Shown here: piece by piece, positions 60,785-64,000 of the stretch
How positions within the stretch are numbered: position 1 is the first letter of the stretch
Layout: each line of letters begins with the position of its first letter
Assembly: GCA_038997165.1 (NCBI GenBank)
Contig: JAWBAK010000001.1
Location: 372,595-436,594, forward strand
Origin: Candidatus Aenigmatarchaeota archaeon
Lineage (GTDB): Archaea > Aenigmatarchaeota > Aenigmatarchaeia > CG10238-14 > SpSt-28
Reading direction: 5' to 3'
DNA: 64,000 bases
Made by a program: the position numbers and the translations under genes
Notes under the pieces: model-generated
Seen by the model: only the letters and a program-made list of their open reading frames with translations
The model's database searches: none
What the model was told of the DNA's origin: nothing

Positions 60785-61686
60785 TAACAAAAATTTTAAA
60801 ATTTTCGATACCAATATTTTTAGTAATTGCGATTATTATTTACTTTTTCGATCCAACTTCTATTATACCGCTCTTTTTAGTATTTTTATTTTTTCATTTA
60901 ATTTTATTAGGATATGATATATTAAAAAAAGAGCTTGAAATATCTTTAGCTGATAGATATTTTCCGGTTTTTTTTAAGAATTTGTCAAGAAGTGTAGAAG
61001 TTGGTATTGCACCAATTAAAGCTATAATAGAAATATGTAAAGAAAGATATGGAGAAATAACAAAATATTTTAGAGTTTTTAAAAGAAAGTTAGAAGCGGG
61101 AATAGATATAGATAATGCCTTTAATTATTTAATAAATATTTTTAAAAAGAATAGAAAAATTTCAAATTCTCTTCAAATTTTAAAGTATGAATTAAAAAGT
61201 GGTTATGGATTAAAAGAAGCTATAGACTCTATCTATGATTATATATTAAAAATTGTTGAAGTTGAAAGAGAAAGAAAAGTTATTGTTTCACAATTTACAA
61301 TAATGTTTTATGCAATATCATTTATTTTTGCAGTAATAATTTTTGTTTTAATAAAAGTTCTTACTCCAATATATTCTCAATTCTTAGAAACTTCTGAGTC
61401 TGCACAACCTATATGTTTATTTTATGAGGAAATTATGTCTTTTAGAGATTTTATATGTAGCTTATATATTTCTGAAGCTAGAATATTCAAAAAAGAATTT
61501 AAAGTATCTGAAGCTTATATTTTTTCTGTTTTATTAAATATTTCATTATTACAAGCAATTTTTTCTGGTATAATAATAGGTTATGGAGCTGAAAGAAGTA
61601 TTGCAAAATCTATTTTACATTCTTCAATCCTTTTTATTATAATCTTTTTATTCTTTTTTACTTTAGGAAAAATAGGAATGTTATGA
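60781..61686 (+). CDS. T2SS-F/TadC-like membrane platform protein
   Basis: FPVFFKNLSRSVEVGI...YGEIT, QAIFSGIIIG. Confidence 0.85.
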   Translation: MITKILKFSIPIFLVIAIIIYFFDPTSIIPLFLVFLFFHLILLGYDILKKELEISLADRYFPVFFKNLSRSVEVGIAPIKAIIEICKERYGEITKYFRVFKRKLEAGIDIDNAFNYLINIFKKNRKISNSLQILKYELKSGYGLKEAIDSIYDYILKIVEVERERKVIVSQFTIMFYAISFIFAVIIFVLIKVLTPIYSQFLETSESAQPICLFYEEIMSFRDFICSLYISEARIFKKEFKVSEAYIFSVLLNISLLQAIFSGIIIGYGAERSIAKSILHSSILFIIIFLFFFTLGKIGML

Positions 61687-62111
61687 AACTTCAAAGCTTT
61701 ATAGATTATTTAATTTCAATCTCAACATTTTTCATAGTTCTTTTTGTTGTTTTATTTTTTTCAATCTCAACATTTTTTAATATAATAGATAAATATTCTT
61801 TTGAATTATCTCTTTTAAGATCTTTTACAATTTCTCAGCAACTAATTTTTTATAATGGCTCTTCTGATTTAAAAGATATTATTGGTTTAAGTACAGGAAG
61901 ATATAATGAAATAAATTATTCGAAGTTGCAATCTTTTATAAATAATTGCAACAATAATAAAAAAGTTATAAATGAATTATTTTTATCTTCTGATTTTTAT
62001 ATAAGTATAGATAATTTTAAATGTAATACTATTACAGGGATACCAACTATAAAAAGAATTGTTGTAATTAATAATCAAATTAAAATTTTTGAAATAGGAA
62101 TAAAAATATGA
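61683..62111 (+). CDS. Pilin-like protein
   Basis: MKLQSFIDYLIS followed by a hydrophobic helix. Confidence 0.6.
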   Translation: MKLQSFIDYLISISTFFIVLFVVLFFSISTFFNIIDKYSFELSLLRSFTISQQLIFYNGSSDLKDIIGLSTGRYNEINYSKLQSFINNCNNNKKVINELFLSSDFYISIDNFKCNTITGIPTIKRIVVINNQIKIFEIGIKI

Positions 62112-63130
62112 AAATGAAATTACAATTTTCAACATATGATGCTATTCTTGCATCTTCGATTCTTATCGTATTTTTTATAGTTTTATATTTTTCTATTCCT
62201 AAAATAGAGTTTTCTAGGGAAAAATACTTAAAATTTATTTCTTATGATATTTTATTTGCAATAGATAAAATATATAAAATCGATATAAGGTATGAAAATT
62301 TGAAAAGTATAATTTATCAAATTTTATTTATTAATTTATCAATTCCTCCAGATTTTTTAATTGCTGATTATGGTTTATGGAAGAGTGAAATTAATATTTC
62401 ATGCATTTGTGATCAAGAAATAATTCTTTTACTTAATAACATTTATAGAAACATAGAAATTAATGGAAGAAATATTAGTATAAATTTTTTTCCAACAGAT
62501 TTTCCTTTAACAAAAACAGATTTTGAGAGGCACGGATTGTTAATTTTTGGATGCAACGAAAGATTATCTGATTATTTAACAGATTTAAAAATGTATTCAA
62601 CTGTAAATGGAATTTTATTTATTTGCGATATTAATAGTACTTATTTTTCTAGGCATCAAATTGCACTTTCTTCTCTTTTTAACTTAACTATAGGAAATAA
62701 TAATGGAAATGTAAATGCCATTCTAATAAAACCTCCTTATGGTTATTCAGCTTCTTATAAGGCATATAAAATTTTAAAATATCAATATGGATTTTCTGAA
62801 AATGCTCAATTAACTCTTTTGAATTCAAATATAGTAGTTGCTCCAAACGAAAATAATATGTATCTTTTTAGACAACAAAATTCTAATATAGCAGCAATTA
62901 CTTTAACATATTTTGGAAAAAATATTATTGGATGGTCCGTTAACTTTTATAGAGATAAATATTTAGATGAAAATGAAACTAAAATTTTATTATCTCTTAT
63001 TCTTTCAATAGTTTCTCTTAAAGAACCAATTATAATAGAAAGATATAGAACAAATTTAATACCTTACGTATCTTTTCACTATAATAAATTTTTAGAACCT
63101 TTTATATTATATTTTAGTATTGCTTCTTAA
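62108..63130 (+). CDS. Large pilin-like/accessory protein
   Basis: MK(MK)LQFSTYDAILA followed by a hydrophobic helix. Confidence 0.6.
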   Translation: MKMKLQFSTYDAILASSILIVFFIVLYFSIPKIEFSREKYLKFISYDILFAIDKIYKIDIRYENLKSIIYQILFINLSIPPDFLIADYGLWKSEINISCICDQEIILLLNNIYRNIEINGRNISINFFPTDFPLTKTDFERHGLLIFGCNERLSDYLTDLKMYSTVNGILFICDINSTYFSRHQIALSSLFNLTIGNNNGNVNAILIKPPYGYSASYKAYKILKYQYGFSENAQLTLLNSNIVVAPNENNMYLFRQQNSNIAAITLTYFGKNIIGWSVNFYRDKYLDENETKILLSLILSIVSLKEPIIIERYRTNLIPYVSFHYNKFLEPFILYFSIAS

Positions 63131-64000
63131 AGAATTCTTAAAGTTTCTAAATTTCTTGGTGCATAACTTTCTATTCCAAAAATTTTTTGATAAGTATTTG
63201 CTAAACTAATTGTTTTTGATTCTTCTCCATGAACGACAAAAATTCTTTTTGGTTTAGATGCTAAATTATTTACGTAAGCCAATAATTGTCTTCTATCAGA
63301 ATGTCCGCTTAATCCCTTTAAATATTTTATTTGCATATTAATTTTAAAAGTTCTAAAGCTTCCATTATCTTCTAGCTGAATTTCTTTAGATCCTTCTAAA
63401 ATTTTTCTTCCTAATGTTCCTTGTGCTTGGAAACCTACAAATAATAAAACATTTCTTTCATCTTCGCATAATCTTTTAAAATATTCGATACTTGGTCCAC
63501 CAGTTAACATTCCGCTTGTTGAAATTATAACAGCTGGTCTTTCTTCTAATATTTTTTCTCTTTCAGATTTTGTTGAAACTCTTCTAAATATATCTTTATT
63601 AAAAATTTTATCTTTTAAAATTAATTTTCTTCCATGTTTTCCTAGGTATTCTGGATATATCGTATATATACTTGTTGCATCCCAAATCATTCCATCAACA
63701 AATACTGGATATTCAAAATTTTCTCTTGCAAGTATTGCCATAATATCTTGTGCTCTTTCTACTGCAAAACTAGGAATTAATACTATTCCATTGTTTTTCA
63801 TTGTTTCATTTATAATATTTATTAGCTCTTTTTCACTTTCTTTTCTTTTTGGCATTATATCTTCTTTCGCTCCATATGTAGATTCTATTATTAATGTTTC
63901 TGCTCTTTTAAAATTAGTAAATGCGGGATCTAATAAAGTTGTTTTATCAAATTTCTGATCTAGTGCATATATAATGTTATGTAATCCATCTCCTATATGC
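63127..64000 (-). CDS. Beta-CASP ribonuclease aCPSF1/FttA, C-terminal part (starts beyond the window)
   Basis: Open frame to the window edge with IIESTYG, IPSFAVERAQ, STSGMLTGG, GFQAQGTLG, LSGHSD, VHGE. Confidence 0.92.
   Translation of the reverse strand, partial: HIGDGLHNIIYALDQKFDKTTLLDPAFTNFKRAETLIIESTYGAKEDIMPKRKESEKELINIINETMKNNGIVLIPSFAVERAQDIMAILARENFEYPVFVDGMIWDATSIYTIYPEYLGKHGRKLILKDKIFNKDIFRRVSTKSEREKILEERPAVIISTSGMLTGGPSIEYFKRLCEDERNVLLFVGFQAQGTLGRKILEGSKEIQLEDNGSFRTFKINMQIKYLKGLSGHSDRRQLLAYVNNLASKPKRIFVVHGEESKTISLANTYQKIFGIESYAPRNLETLRIL

Overview
A very AT-rich, gene-dense archaeal window, most likely from a DPANN lineage (Aenigmarchaeota-like; inferred from gene content and style, not from a search). 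It is mostly housekeeping: pheST, hisS, split ribosomal-protein operon pieces, rpoP, trm5, dph2, rtcA, thyA, fen, lhr, aCPSF1. It also holds 9 tRNA genes (6 with 37/38 introns), an SRP RNA that appears to lack helix 6, two stand-alone C/D-box sRNAs and a type IV pilus/Tad-like locus. Three things stand out. (1) The short tRNA introns look like minimal C/D guide modules (guide + D-like box + 4-nt loop + C-like box). In tRNA-Trp, tRNA-Met and tRNA-Leu the N+5 rule lands exactly on the host tRNA's own wobble base 34, and the two tRNA-Ser introns carry larger C/D-like sRNAs. (2) Three divergent AAA_14/DUF4143-type ATPase genes sit in tandem. They share near-identical 3' ends, an orphan exact 38-bp copy of that end lies upstream of the array, and each gene has its own palindromic operator-like pair, giving a cassette-like array. 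(3) A giant (>=3780 aa, interrupted by an assembly gap) secreted beta-helix/Ig-like surface protein is fused through one TM helix to a cytoplasmic HerA/VirB4-like ATPase, flanked by MinD, HTH and coiled-coil genes. Smaller items include a poly-Glu microprotein, a PIN + RNA-ligase pair, a gene broken at C12 and A9 homopolymers, and a decayed ogg pseudogene. All family assignments come from motif recognition by eye.
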